Source of the DNA: Dehalococcoidia bacterium
Lineage (GTDB): Bacteria; Chloroflexota; Dehalococcoidia; Bin125
Reading direction: 5' to 3'
Assembly: GCA_965207365.1 (NCBI GenBank)
Contig: OZ242281.1
Location: 68,003-132,002 of the forward strand
Length of the DNA: 64,000 nt
Part shown: positions 48,724 through 58,494 of the stretch, in pieces
How positions within the stretch are numbered: position 1 is the first letter of the stretch
How the letters are laid out: each line of letters starts with the position of its first letter
Made by a program: the position numbers and the translations under genes
Notes under the pieces: generated by a model
What the model saw: the letters and a program-made list of their open reading frames with translations, nothing else
The model's database searches: none
Told to the model about the DNA's origin: nothing

Positions 48724-49623
48724 TCAGCGAACACTCAGCAGATTGGCATCAAGTTGGCCTTCAAAGGAGAACGTGGCCGGTCCGGTCATGTAGACCGAAG
48801 CCGACGGGTTGTCGAGACCATCCCAGGCGATCTCGAGATCGCCACCGGGCAGCGAGACCGTAGCGGAGGCGCCGGACAGGCCTCTCAGCCTCGCCGCGAC
48901 CAGCACCGCGCAAGCGCCCGAGCCGCAGGCCAGCGTGATTCCGACCCCGCGCTCCCAGACTCGCATCTTGAGATGATCGGGCGCGAGGACGTTGACGATC
49001 TCGAAATTAGTCTTCCTGGGAAAGTCGGGATGGGTCTCGATCAGCGGCCCGATTTCGGTCAGTGGGAAGTCATCGACATCTTCGTCGGTGAACCAGACGA
49101 CGTGCGGGTTGCCCATGCTGACGCAAGTCAGATCGTAAACACGTTCGTTGACTGCCACTTCGTGATGGAGAATCGGCGTAGGGCCCTCGTGGACCACGGG
49201 AATCTGATCAGCCTCAAGCCAGGCGGGACCCATGTTGACGCGGACGCGGTCGACGCTGGCGTCGGTTGAACTCATCGCAGAGAGATCGGCGTGGAGAACA
49301 CCGGCTCCGGTTTCGATCGCCAGTGAGCCGTCGGTCGGAGTCATACCTGCGCGTTCGACCAGATACTTGGTGAAACAGCGGAAGCCGTTACCGCACATCT
49401 CGCCGTCGGAACCGTCGGAGTTGACGATCACCATCCGCGCCGCGGCGACGTCGGTGTCCTGGGCGATCAAAATGCCGTCCGCGCCGACACCGAAGTGCCG
49501 ATCGCAGATGTGCGGCGCAACCGCCGACCAGTCGATCCGGTTGCGATGCGCGTTCTCGCCCAGGGCGTCGATTAGCAGGAAATCGTTCCCCGCGCCCTGG
49601 ACCTTGAGAAATGGAATGGACAT
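48724..49623 (-). CDS. dapF: diaminopimelate epimerase
   Basis: GAGNDF, GVGADG, EMCGNG, SMGNPH and ERGVGITLACGSG motifs. Confidence 0.95.
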   Translation of the reverse strand: MSIPFLKVQGAGNDFLLIDALGENAHRNRIDWSAVAPHICDRHFGVGADGILIAQDTDVAAARMVIVNSDGSDGEMCGNGFRCFTKYLVERAGMTPTDGSLAIETGAGVLHADLSAMSSTDASVDRVRVNMGPAWLEADQIPVVHEGPTPILHHEVAVNERVYDLTCVSMGNPHVVWFTDEDVDDFPLTEIGPLIETHPDFPRKTNFEIVNVLAPDHLKMRVWERGVGITLACGSGACAVLVAARLRGLSGASATVSLPGGDLEIAWDGLDNPSASVYMTGPATFSFEGQLDANLLSVR

Positions 49624-49650
49624 GACGAAGCTCTCACCGTTGAATGCATC

Positions 49651-50541
49651 TTACCCAAGCATCTCCAGCGGAACATCAGCCGCCCAACAAATCGCCGGAT
49701 CATCGCGCCGAAACCATGTTTGCTGTCGACGCGCCAAGCGTCGCGTGGCCTGTGCAACTCCCGATTGCGCTTCCTCTAGCGTCGTGTCGCCGCGCACATG
49801 GGCGAGCACTTCGCGGTAGCCGATGGAGTCAAAGCCGGGCGCGTCCTCGGAGATGCCGTCCTCCAGCAGCGTACGCACTTCATCGACAAAGCCGTCGGCG
49901 AACATCGTCGCCGTACGTTCCGCAATGCGCCGATCAAGTTCGTTCAGTTCGATTTCGGGCGCGAAGGCTTGATAAGAGACAGGGAGTCGCTGTTGTTGCC
50001 ACTCGGAGATCGGTTTGCCGGTGAGTCGTTGGACTTCCAATGCGCGTATGATCCGCCGGGCGTTGGTCGGACCGATCCGTTCGGCTGCCAGGGGATCGAC
50101 CGCTTGAAGCTGCTCGTGCAGGAACGGTGTGGACTGCGATTCGAGGCTGCGCCGCAGTTCAGCATCTTCCCCGACTGGAGGAATCACCCAGCCTTCGAGC
50201 AGGGCTCTCATGTGCTGTCCGCTGCCGCCGACAGCGATGACCCGCTTGCCTCGTGATCGGATGTCGTCGATTGCCGATCTCGCCGTCTTGAGATACTCGC
50301 CTAGCGAGAATCGATCAGTCGGGTCGGCGATATCGATGCACCAGTGCGGGATTTCCGCTTGCATCGCCGCGTTCGGCTTGGCCGTGCCGATATCGAGGCG
50401 TCGGTAGATTTGTCGTGAATCGATCGAGACGATTTCGCCGTCAATGTGGCGCGCAATCTTCATCGCCCAATCGGACTTGCCTGAGGCAGTGAGTCCGACG
50501 ACTGCGACGAGCGGCGCCTTCTCGTGGGTACCTACGCTCAT
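49651..50541 (-). CDS. miaA: tRNA dimethylallyltransferase
   Basis: GLTASGKS, DSRQIYR.LDIGTAKP, RALEV, SIGYRE and RRQQTWF motifs. Confidence 0.95.
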   Translation of the reverse strand: MSVGTHEKAPLVAVVGLTASGKSDWAMKIARHIDGEIVSIDSRQIYRRLDIGTAKPNAAMQAEIPHWCIDIADPTDRFSLGEYLKTARSAIDDIRSRGKRVIAVGGSGQHMRALLEGWVIPPVGEDAELRRSLESQSTPFLHEQLQAVDPLAAERIGPTNARRIIRALEVQRLTGKPISEWQQQRLPVSYQAFAPEIELNELDRRIAERTATMFADGFVDEVRTLLEDGISEDAPGFDSIGYREVLAHVRGDTTLEEAQSGVAQATRRLARRQQTWFRRDDPAICWAADVPLEMLG

Positions 50542-50569
50542 GATGGTTTCCCAAGAATCGATTCTCCCA

Positions 50570-50937
50570 GTCCCCGCTTCACGCGGGGACCTGCTTCTTC
50601 CGCGCCGGCGATACGATCAGCGGGGTTTCGGTGCCGCCCGAGCGGGTCCCCGCGTAAAGGAGACCTGTGCGTAAGTCGGCCCAGCGCGAGAGGGTGCTTA
50701 CTCCCTCTCCCGCGGGGAGAGGGCTGGGGTGAGGGTCGGCCTTGAGTCGCTATCTGGTAGTGACCACTTGTCGCCTGCCCTCCGGCCCTCACCCTAACCC
50801 TCTCCCGCGGGGAGAGGGGACCGGAATCGGACTTACTCAAAGGCCTCCTTCACGCGGGGACCAGTTCCCGCTTCGCTGGCAATACGAATCACAGCTATGC
50901 GGTGGCGCCCAAGCGGGTCCCCGCGTGAAGCGGGGAC
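50570..50937. repeat. cluster of palindromic repeats (GTCCCCGCTTCACGCGGGGAC pairs flanking a CCCTCACCCTAACCCTCTCCCGCGGGGAGAGGG pair)
   Basis: Four GTCCCCGC..GCGGGGAC-type units and two inverted CCCTCTCCC..GGGAGAGGG units between tpiA and miaA. Confidence 0.8.
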
Positions 50938-50958
50938 TGTGGGAAGAGGAGTGGCTCG

Positions 50959-51711
50959 TTAGCTGGCGGCGATGGCACGGGTGATGGCGAGGAAGGCATC
51001 GGCGTCCAGGGCGGCTCCGCCGACGAGTGCGCCGTCGACATCGGGTTGAGCCATGAAGTCGGCGATGTTGTCGGGCTTGACCGAGCCGCCGTAGAGGATG
51101 CGCACCCCGTCGGCTGCTTCTGCTCCGAGCTTGTCCGAGAGCACTGAGCGGATGTGGGCGCAGGCGGACTGTGCTTCATCGGGGGTTGCGGCCTTGCCGG
51201 TACCAATCGCCCAGACCGGTTCGTAGGCAACCACCAGACCGTTGGGCGCTGGATCGTCGCCGAGGGCGATACTGACCTGTCGTGTCAGCACGTTGGCGGT
51301 TCGCTTGTTCTCGCGTTCTGCGTCCGATTCGCCGACGCAGAGGATCGGCGTCAAACCGTACGTTTCGGCGGTTCGCAGCTTGAGCGCCAGGGCTTGGTCG
51401 TCCTCGCAGAAGAACTGACGGCGCTCGGAGTGTCCTAGGATGACCCAATCGGCGACCTCCGCGAGCTGCACCGGCGAAACTTCGCCCGTGTACGCGCCTG
51501 AGGGCTGGGTATGCATGTTCTGTCCGGCGATATGGACATCGGTGCCGCACCAGAAGTCCCAGACCAGACCGAGTTGCGTGAACGAGGGCGAGAGGACGAC
51601 ATCGACACCGGCAATCGCGTCAATTCCGGCCAGATCGCGACACAACGCGCGCGCTTCGGCATTGGTACCGTTCATTTTCCAGTTGCCGGCCGCGATTGGA
51701 GTTCGGGTCAT
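50959..51711 (-). CDS. tpiA: triose-phosphate isomerase
   Basis: AGNWKMN, GHSERR, AYEPVWAIGTG and YGGSVK motifs. Confidence 0.96.
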   Translation of the reverse strand: MTRTPIAAGNWKMNGTNAEARALCRDLAGIDAIAGVDVVLSPSFTQLGLVWDFWCGTDVHIAGQNMHTQPSGAYTGEVSPVQLAEVADWVILGHSERRQFFCEDDQALALKLRTAETYGLTPILCVGESDAERENKRTANVLTRQVSIALGDDPAPNGLVVAYEPVWAIGTGKAATPDEAQSACAHIRSVLSDKLGAEAADGVRILYGGSVKPDNIADFMAQPDVDGALVGGAALDADAFLAITRAIAAS

Positions 51712-52946
51712 GCGTCGTCCTCTTGACTCTCTTCACTCTCTCCACGATCATCGGGCTCGGCATCGGGCAGCACCGCGATGCCCGGCAGATCGAGTCCCTG
51801 CAGGTATTCGAGCGCCGCGCCGCCGCCGGTGGAAACGTGGGACATCTTGGGCGTCAGGCGGAATCGAGCGACCGCCGCCGCCGTCTCGCCGCCGCAAATG
51901 ACGGTGGTCGTGTCTTCCAACTTAGATAACGCCTCGGCCATCGCGCGGGTTCCACCCGAGAATGCTTCGCGCTCAAAGAGTCCGAGCGGACCGTTCCAGA
52001 CGACCGTGTCGCAGTCCTTGATCGACTCGGAGAAAGCCTCAACCGTCGCTGGGCCAACATCGAGAATCTGCCAGTCCTCGGGCAAGTCCTCTTCGCCAAA
52101 GACCAGCGGCTTGGCACGCGGAGGCTCGTCTGCGCCATGCGCGATGACGCAGTCGGTCGGGATCAACAGGTTGCAGTGCTCTTCGGCAGCGATTGCGGTG
52201 ATCTCGTTGGCGGCTTCGACCATGTTTTGTTCGAGCAACGATGCGCCGGTCGGCAGGCCGCGTGCGAGCAGGAAGGTGTTCGCCATCGCACCGCCAATCG
52301 CGATGACCTCGGAGATCGCTGCGAGCCGCTCCAGCAGTCCCAGCTTGTCTGAGACTTTTGCGCCGCCGCTAATGAATCCCAGTTTGCCCGCCTCGCCGTT
52401 GCGGATCGGGTCGAGCGCTGCGATCTCGCGGTCCAGCAACAGACCACCGGCGGATGGCATCATCGTCGCCACGGCCTGCGTAGATGCGTGAGCGCGGTGG
52501 GCGGCACCGAAGGCGTCGTTGACATAGACATGGGCCAGGTCGGCGAGCTGCGAAGCGAAGTCTTCGTCGTTCTCTTCTTCTTCTTCATGGAAGCGCAGAT
52601 TTTGCAGGACCAGCACCTCGCCCGGCTTGAGCTCGCTCGACATCTGCGTGGCGACATCGCCAATGCAGTCGGGAGCCATGCGCACGTTCATGCGTAGTGA
52701 TCGGGCCAGTCTGACTGCAACAGGCGTGAGGTCGAATTGTGGATTGCGCTCGCCCCCAGGACGTCCCAGGTGCGAGCCGATGACAACCGAAGCGCCCTGT
52801 TCGAGCGCGTACTTGACGGTCGGTGCAGCCGCGCGGATGCGGGTATCGTCCACGACCGTTGCGCCATCCATCGGGACGTTGAGGTCCAACCGCAATAGCA
52901 CCCGCTTCCCGGCCAGGTCGAGGTCGCGAATCGAAACTTTGCTCAT
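51708..52946 (-). CDS. pgk: phosphoglycerate kinase
   Basis: DLNVP, SHLGRP, NDAFGAAHRAHAS, GGAKVSDK and STGGGA motifs. Confidence 0.96.
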   Translation of the reverse strand: MSKVSIRDLDLAGKRVLLRLDLNVPMDGATVVDDTRIRAAAPTVKYALEQGASVVIGSHLGRPGGERNPQFDLTPVAVRLARSLRMNVRMAPDCIGDVATQMSSELKPGEVLVLQNLRFHEEEEENDEDFASQLADLAHVYVNDAFGAAHRAHASTQAVATMMPSAGGLLLDREIAALDPIRNGEAGKLGFISGGAKVSDKLGLLERLAAISEVIAIGGAMANTFLLARGLPTGASLLEQNMVEAANEITAIAAEEHCNLLIPTDCVIAHGADEPPRAKPLVFGEEDLPEDWQILDVGPATVEAFSESIKDCDTVVWNGPLGLFEREAFSGGTRAMAEALSKLEDTTTVICGGETAAAVARFRLTPKMSHVSTGGGAALEYLQGLDLPGIAVLPDAEPDDRGESEESQEDDA

Positions 52947-53001
52947 CTTGATTCAATCCAGAGTCGGCGCGAGCCTCAGAGGTCGGGTCGAATGTGTCCG
53001 A

Positions 53002-53541
53002 TCAGGCCATCGGCGAGAGTTCGGGCGTGCCCCGTTCTTCGATGACGCTCTCGACGGTGGGCTTGGCGGGGCGCTTGGCGGAGGGTTCGGCAATGTCGCT
53101 GTGCTTGGCTTCGACGGCCGCCAACTTGGCCAGGCGTCGTACGTGGCGTCCGCCTTCGAACTCCGCCTCGATGAAGGCGTCCACGACCTCGCCGGCCAGC
53201 GCATGGCCGGTCACGTAGGAACCGATCGCGAGGATGTTGCAATCGGTGTGTTCGCGGGAGCGTCGCGCCGACCAGGGGTCAGTGCAGAGTGCGGCTCGGG
53301 CCCCGCGAACTTTGTTGGCGGCAATGCTGACACCGACACCGTTGGAACAGACCACGATGCCGAGCTGGTGTTGTCCGTCAACGACGGCTTCGGCCAGAGG
53401 AGCAGCGATATCGGCATAGTCAGTCGGATTGGGGACGGTTGGTCCGAAATCTCGGACGCTATGACCCTGGTCAATCAGACGATCTCGAAGACGTTCTTTC
53501 AGCTCAAACCCGGCATGGTCGCTGCCAATCGCGATACGCAC
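53002..53541 (-). CDS. rpiB: ribose-5-phosphate isomerase B
   Basis: IGSDHAG, SIAANKVRG.RAA and FEGGRH..R motifs. Confidence 0.92.
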   Translation of the reverse strand: MRIAIGSDHAGFELKERLRDRLIDQGHSVRDFGPTVPNPTDYADIAAPLAEAVVDGQHQLGIVVCSNGVGVSIAANKVRGARAALCTDPWSARRSREHTDCNILAIGSYVTGHALAGEVVDAFIEAEFEGGRHVRRLAKLAAVEAKHSDIAEPSAKRPAKPTVESVIEERGTPELSPMA

Positions 53542-53565
53542 GTGCTATTGCCCCATTCCTTGGAC

Positions 53566-54234
53566 TTAGGAGACCGAGTCTAAATCGGAGAGTCCCCAGT
53601 GCTGCATGAGCAGCTCTCCGACTTTCGCACTGAGCATTGGGCCACGACGCAAGACGCGCGGCACCCGGCCCGTGCAATCCAAGATAGTAGAGGCAGTGCC
53701 CGCTGGCATCACCTCTTCTTCACGAAGTATGTGAAGTGAATCACTAAGCGCCGTTGAAGGCGCATGGGACCCGAACTGTCGCTGCACATCGTCGGCCGTC
53801 AACGCGGCCTCCATACCGTGGATATTGGCCGATGTGCCAGTGAGCGGCTCATCCAGCAGGTCGAGCACGGAGGCGGCGACGGGATGATCAGGGATGCGTA
53901 GGGCGATGGTTGAGCCGTCAACGGCCCTGGTCGGCCAGTCGTCGCGTTTGTTCACGATCAGAGTCAATGCGCCCGGCCAGGCCGACTCGGCCAACGACTG
54001 GATGCGCGAGTCGAGTGGTTCCGCGATTTGCTCCACATGCTCGCGCCAGCGCGTCGGCGGCAGGAAGACCGGCAGGTTCTCTCCGCCGGGTCGTTGTTTG
54101 AGCCGAAACACGGCTGCCACGGCCTGGTCGTCGTTGGCGACGGCGCTCAGCGCGTATTGGGTGTCGGTCGGCAAGGCGACCACACCACTGTTTCGCAAAT
54201 GATCAACTGCCTGAGCAAGTTCATCGAATGACAC
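53566..54234 (-). CDS. tsaC: L-threonylcarbamoyladenylate synthase (Sua5/TsaC)
   Basis: ALPTDTQYAL, LKQRP, WPGALT, RIPDHP and TSANIHG motifs. TACAAT lies 6 nt before GTG 54234. Confidence 0.9.
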   Translation of the reverse strand: MSFDELAQAVDHLRNSGVVALPTDTQYALSAVANDDQAVAAVFRLKQRPGGENLPVFLPPTRWREHVEQIAEPLDSRIQSLAESAWPGALTLIVNKRDDWPTRAVDGSTIALRIPDHPVAASVLDLLDEPLTGTSANIHGMEAALTADDVQRQFGSHAPSTALSDSLHILREEEVMPAGTASTILDCTGRVPRVLRRGPMLSAKVGELLMQHWGLSDLDSVS

Positions 54235-54267
54235 AGAGCTATTGTAGTGCGCCCGTATCATTATGAC

Positions 54268-55848
54268 GTGACCAACCACGCATCACAGGGCGCTTCTTCA
54301 CACGAATCGATCGTCATTGTCGACCTCGGATCGCAGACGGCGATGCTGATCGCCCGGCGCGTCCGCGAACTCAACGTGTATTGCGAACTCGTGCCTCCGA
54401 CGGCTGACTGGGAGCGAGTGCGCCAGCTCAATCCTCGCGGCGTCATTCTCAGCGGTGGTCCCGCGAGCGTCCACGACGACGGCGCGCCGGTCGCGCCCGA
54501 CTGGTCGCTTGATGGTCGCTTGCCGGTCCTAGGCATCTGTTATGGCATGCAGACGATGGCGAACCAGCTTGGCGGGCGAGTCGAGGCAGGGCGTGAGCGA
54601 GAATTCGGCGCGGCGCACATCTATCCGCGCGGCGACTCGGCGCTGCTCGACAACTTGCCTCGGCCCATGCCTGTCTGGATGTCGCACGGCGACCGCGTCG
54701 ACGACATGCCCGACGGATTCCAGGCGCTGGCCGGGACCGACAGCATCCCGATCGCGGCGATGGGCGACGACGTGCGTCGCTTCGGCATCCAGTTCCATCC
54801 TGAGGTCGTGCACACTCCGCACGGACTGCATCTGCTCAGCAACTTCGTCTTTGACATCTGCGAATGCGCCGGTGACTGGGACGCCGCACACTTCGTCACC
54901 GAGACCGTTGCAGAGATTCGCGAACAGGTCGGCGACGACCATGTGATCTGCGGCCTGTCCGGCGGCGTGGATTCCTCGGTCGCGGCGGCGCTGGTGCATC
55001 GAGCCGTCGGCAACCAGTTGACCTGCATCTACGTCGACAACGGACTGATGCGTCTGGGCGAGACCGAACAGGTCGTCGACACGTTCGATCGCAACATGCA
55101 CATGAATCTGCGCGCGGTCGACGCTGGCAACCAGTTCCTGGAAGAATTGGCCGGCGTCGACGATCCGGAGACAAAGCGCAAGCGGATCGGCGAGACCTTC
55201 ATCGCAGTCTTTGAAGAAACAGCCATCGAGATCGCGAAGGACGACCACGGCGTCGATTATCTCGTGCAGGGCACGACGTATCCCGATGTCGTCGAGAGCG
55301 CCGGTTCGGGTCACGGCTCGGCGACGGCGATGATCAAGTCGCACCACAACGTCGGCGGATTGCCGGATGATCTGCGCTTCGAACTGATCGAGCCGCTGCG
55401 TCACCTGTTCAAGGATGAAGTCCGCGATGTCGGCCGAGAGCTCGGCCTGCCCGAGGAGATCGTTGGCAGACAGCCCTATCCGGGTCCCGGTCTGGCGATC
55501 CGCATCATCGGTCCGGTCACCCATGAGAAAGTCCGAGTCCTGCAACTCGCCGATGCCGTCGTGATGGAAGAAATCAGCAACGCCGACCTGTACGACGACC
55601 TCTGGCAATCGTTCGCCATCCTGACCGACACCAGAACAGTCGGAGTCCAGGGAGACGCCCGAACCTACGGCTGGGTCTGTGCCCTTCGCGCCGTCACCGC
55701 CGACGACGCGATGACCGCCGACTGGGCGCGGATTCCCTATGACGTCCTGGGAACTATCGCCAACCGGATCGTCAACGAAATCCCCGAGATCAACCGTGTG
55801 GTCTACGACATTACCTCAAAGCCGCCAGGCACGATTGAATGGGAGTAA
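54268..55848 (+). CDS. guaA: GMP synthase (glutamine-hydrolysing)
   Basis: LGICYGMQ, QFHPEV, SGGVDSSV, IKSHHNVGG and KPPGTIEWE motifs. Confidence 0.97.
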   Translation: MTNHASQGASSHESIVIVDLGSQTAMLIARRVRELNVYCELVPPTADWERVRQLNPRGVILSGGPASVHDDGAPVAPDWSLDGRLPVLGICYGMQTMANQLGGRVEAGREREFGAAHIYPRGDSALLDNLPRPMPVWMSHGDRVDDMPDGFQALAGTDSIPIAAMGDDVRRFGIQFHPEVVHTPHGLHLLSNFVFDICECAGDWDAAHFVTETVAEIREQVGDDHVICGLSGGVDSSVAAALVHRAVGNQLTCIYVDNGLMRLGETEQVVDTFDRNMHMNLRAVDAGNQFLEELAGVDDPETKRKRIGETFIAVFEETAIEIAKDDHGVDYLVQGTTYPDVVESAGSGHGSATAMIKSHHNVGGLPDDLRFELIEPLRHLFKDEVRDVGRELGLPEEIVGRQPYPGPGLAIRIIGPVTHEKVRVLQLADAVVMEEISNADLYDDLWQSFAILTDTRTVGVQGDARTYGWVCALRAVTADDAMTADWARIPYDVLGTIANRIVNEIPEINRVVYDITSKPPGTIEWE

Positions 55849-55855
55849 TGGTCCC

Positions 55856-56260
55856 GTGCTGATCACCATTTGTATGAGCATGTCGCTGCGGCATCGGTTG
55901 CCGGAGATGTGCCGCGTGCTTGAAAGCGCTGGCCACGAAGTGCTGACTCCGGTTGACACCCGCGAGTTCAACTATGAGAGCGCCAACGACCATGAGCGTG
56001 CCGAACTCAAGCGCGACAAGGACCTGATCCGTACCCACTACGAGAAAATCAAGGTCTCCGACGCCATTCTCGTCCTCAACGAGGACCTGCCCGATCGGCC
56101 GAACTACATCGGTGGCAACAGCTTCCTGGAAATGGGCTTCGCCCACGTCCTTCGCATCCCCATCTACCTGATGCAGGACGTGCCCGACTCCCACTATCGC
56201 TCTGAGATGCTGGCCATGGATCCGATTGTGATCGATGGCGATCTGTCAGAGATCGGGTGA
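55856..56260 (+). CDS. nucleoside 2-deoxyribosyltransferase-like hypothetical protein
   Basis: ITICMS.., SDAILVLN and YIGGNSFLEMGFA pattern typical of the NDT-like fold. Confidence 0.6.
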   Translation: MLITICMSMSLRHRLPEMCRVLESAGHEVLTPVDTREFNYESANDHERAELKRDKDLIRTHYEKIKVSDAILVLNEDLPDRPNYIGGNSFLEMGFAHVLRIPIYLMQDVPDSHYRSEMLAMDPIVIDGDLSEIG

Positions 56261-56269
56261 GGCGGATTG

Positions 56270-56824
56270 TCAGATGACGTTGAAGAGACGGAGCAGCCCA
56301 GTCAGGACCATTCCCATCAGAGAGGCGCCAATGCCAAGAACGGCAACCATGAGCTGTCGGTGTCGCTGATCGTTTCGCCGTGATTCCTCATCCATCCTCG
56401 CCTCAATTCGCGCGATCCGATCTTCAAGCGCGTCCATTCGAGCTTCTAGGACAGCCAACCCGGTCTCAAGCTTGGACATCCGTCCTTCTAAGGCCGTCAT
56501 GCGGTCTTCGAGGGCACCGATGCGAACCTCCAATGCGGTGATTCGGCTTTCAAGAACGGAGACCAAGCCTTCCAGAACGGTCAAGCGACTATCCAGCCCA
56601 AGCAAGCGTGTGTCGATAGAGGAAATCTGCTCGCGGAGTTCTAGCTGCAGCTCCATCCTCACAACGCGGAGAGATGCGTCAAAGGTCTCGACCGCATGAT
56701 CGAGGTCTTGCTTGTTGACTGCGTGCTCGGCTCGATCGACCGCGTGGGCGATGCGACGGGCTCGATCCGTAGGCACGCCGACGCTGACGAGGGCGTCTTC
56801 GATTTCGCGGGGACTGGTGACCAC
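56270..56824 (-). CDS. membrane-anchored coiled-coil protein with heptad repeats (CCDC90/DUF1640-like)
   Basis: AGGAG RBS, VNKQDL neck-like motif, about ten LE.R...-type heptads and a C-terminal TM segment. Confidence 0.75.
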   Translation of the reverse strand: MVTSPREIEDALVSVGVPTDRARRIAHAVDRAEHAVNKQDLDHAVETFDASLRVVRMELQLELREQISSIDTRLLGLDSRLTVLEGLVSVLESRITALEVRIGALEDRMTALEGRMSKLETGLAVLEARMDALEDRIARIEARMDEESRRNDQRHRQLMVAVLGIGASLMGMVLTGLLRLFNVI

Positions 56825-56867
56825 CGTCTGACTCCTGTTTGCAGAATATCGCAGATAGACTCTGGTT

Positions 56868-58133
56868 ATGCGAGTCCTGATCGTTGGCGGTGGCGGACGC
56901 GAACACGCACTGGCCTGGAAGCTGGCGCAGTCGCCTCAATGCGAGGCACTGTTCAGCGCGCCGGGAAATGCCGGTACAGCGCAGCTCGGCGAGAACCTGG
57001 CCGTCCACGATTCCGATACCGACGGTATCTGCAATGCGGCGCAAGATCGGCGAATCGACCTCGTGGTCGTCGGACCGGAAGCGCCGCTCGCCGCCGGTCT
57101 GGTTGACGCGCTGAACCAACGCGGCATCTTCGCATTCGGACCTTCGAAGGCAGCGGCGCAGATTGAGTCGTCGAAATGGTTCGCCAAGTCGGTGATGCAG
57201 TCGGCCGGCGTGCCGCACGCGGGCGGAGAGTTATTCGAGACGGCGCAGGCAGCGCACAAATGGCTGGAAATCCTTGGCCCCGACGATCTACCCGTGCTCA
57301 AGGCCGACGGTCTTGCCGCGGGCAAAGGCGTGATTGTCCCCGACCACATCGACGACGCGCACTCAGCAATCGACGAGATGTTCGCCGGCGCGTTCGGCTC
57401 GGCCGGAGAGCGGGTCGTGATTGAAGATCGGCTGTCCGGCATGGAAGCCTCGGCGATGGCTATCGTCTCCGGCAGCGACATCCTGCCGCTGCCGCTGAGC
57501 TGCGACTACAAGCGGATCATGGACAACGACCAGGGCCCAAACACCGGCGGGATGGGCGTTTACGCTCCACCCGGATTCGTCGGCGACGCCGACAGCGTGT
57601 TCGGCGATGTCCATCAGCCCGTAGCGCAACAGATGGCCGCCCAGGGCTGCGAGTTCCGAGGCTTGCTCTATGCCGGCCTGATGGTCGACGACGGCGCGCT
57701 CAATGTGCTTGAATTCAATGCGCGATTCGGCGATCCCGAGACACAGGCGGTGCTGCCGTTGCTTGACGGCGATCTGTTGGCTGTTCTTGCGGCGTCGGCG
57801 AGAGGCGAATCGCTGCCTCGTGACGTCATCTCGCATAGCGGCCGCGCGTCGGTCAGTGTGGCAATCGTGAGCGGCGGCTACCCGGGTCCCTACGTCACCG
57901 GGAAGGCGATCCACGGCCTGGACGCAGTCGACGACGCCGTTGACGTCTTCCACGCGGGCACGGCAATCGACGATGACGGACGCACCGTCACCTCTGGCGG
58001 CCGTGTCCTGGCCGTCACCGCCGTCGCCGATACGCTGACGGAAGCACGCGGAATCGCATACGACAACGTCCAACGCATCACGTTCGACGAATCGTTTTAT
58101 CGCACAGACATAGCCCAGAGAGAACTGTCATGA
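56868..58133 (+). CDS. purD: phosphoribosylamine-glycine ligase
   Basis: GGGGREHAL, KADGLAAGKGV, GPNTGGMG and EFNARFGDPE motifs. Confidence 0.97.
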   Translation: MRVLIVGGGGREHALAWKLAQSPQCEALFSAPGNAGTAQLGENLAVHDSDTDGICNAAQDRRIDLVVVGPEAPLAAGLVDALNQRGIFAFGPSKAAAQIESSKWFAKSVMQSAGVPHAGGELFETAQAAHKWLEILGPDDLPVLKADGLAAGKGVIVPDHIDDAHSAIDEMFAGAFGSAGERVVIEDRLSGMEASAMAIVSGSDILPLPLSCDYKRIMDNDQGPNTGGMGVYAPPGFVGDADSVFGDVHQPVAQQMAAQGCEFRGLLYAGLMVDDGALNVLEFNARFGDPETQAVLPLLDGDLLAVLAASARGESLPRDVISHSGRASVSVAIVSGGYPGPYVTGKAIHGLDAVDDAVDVFHAGTAIDDDGRTVTSGGRVLAVTAVADTLTEARGIAYDNVQRITFDESFYRTDIAQRELS

Positions 58134-58146
58134 GAGAAGTGCAGAC

Positions 58147-58494
58147 ATGACCACTCGCACGATCAAGCCGAATCTGCAAGCGCATGATGAGGCGCAGCGG
58201 ATCGAGATGTTTCCCGGCATCGCACGACGCACGCTGAACGCCGGCGAGCACACGTCGATCCACGAGATTGAGATCGCCGCAGGTTGTGTTGTGCCGATGC
58301 ACACGCATCCACACGAGCAGATTGGCTATCTGGCCAAAGGCCGGGTCAAGTTCGAGCTCGGCGACGAGACCAAGGAACTGAGCGCCGGCGACTCCTGGGT
58401 CATTCCCTCGGAGGTTCCGCATGAAGTGACCGCGCTCGAAGACGCCGTCGCGATCGACATTTTCTCTCCGGCTCGCGAGGAGTACATCCCCTAA
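58147..58494 (+). CDS. cupin domain protein
   Basis: HTHPHEQ, GDSWVIP..VPH and IDIFSP.REEY motifs. Confidence 0.88.
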   Translation: MTTRTIKPNLQAHDEAQRIEMFPGIARRTLNAGEHTSIHEIEIAAGCVVPMHTHPHEQIGYLAKGRVKFELGDETKELSAGDSWVIPSEVPHEVTALEDAVAIDIFSPAREEYIP

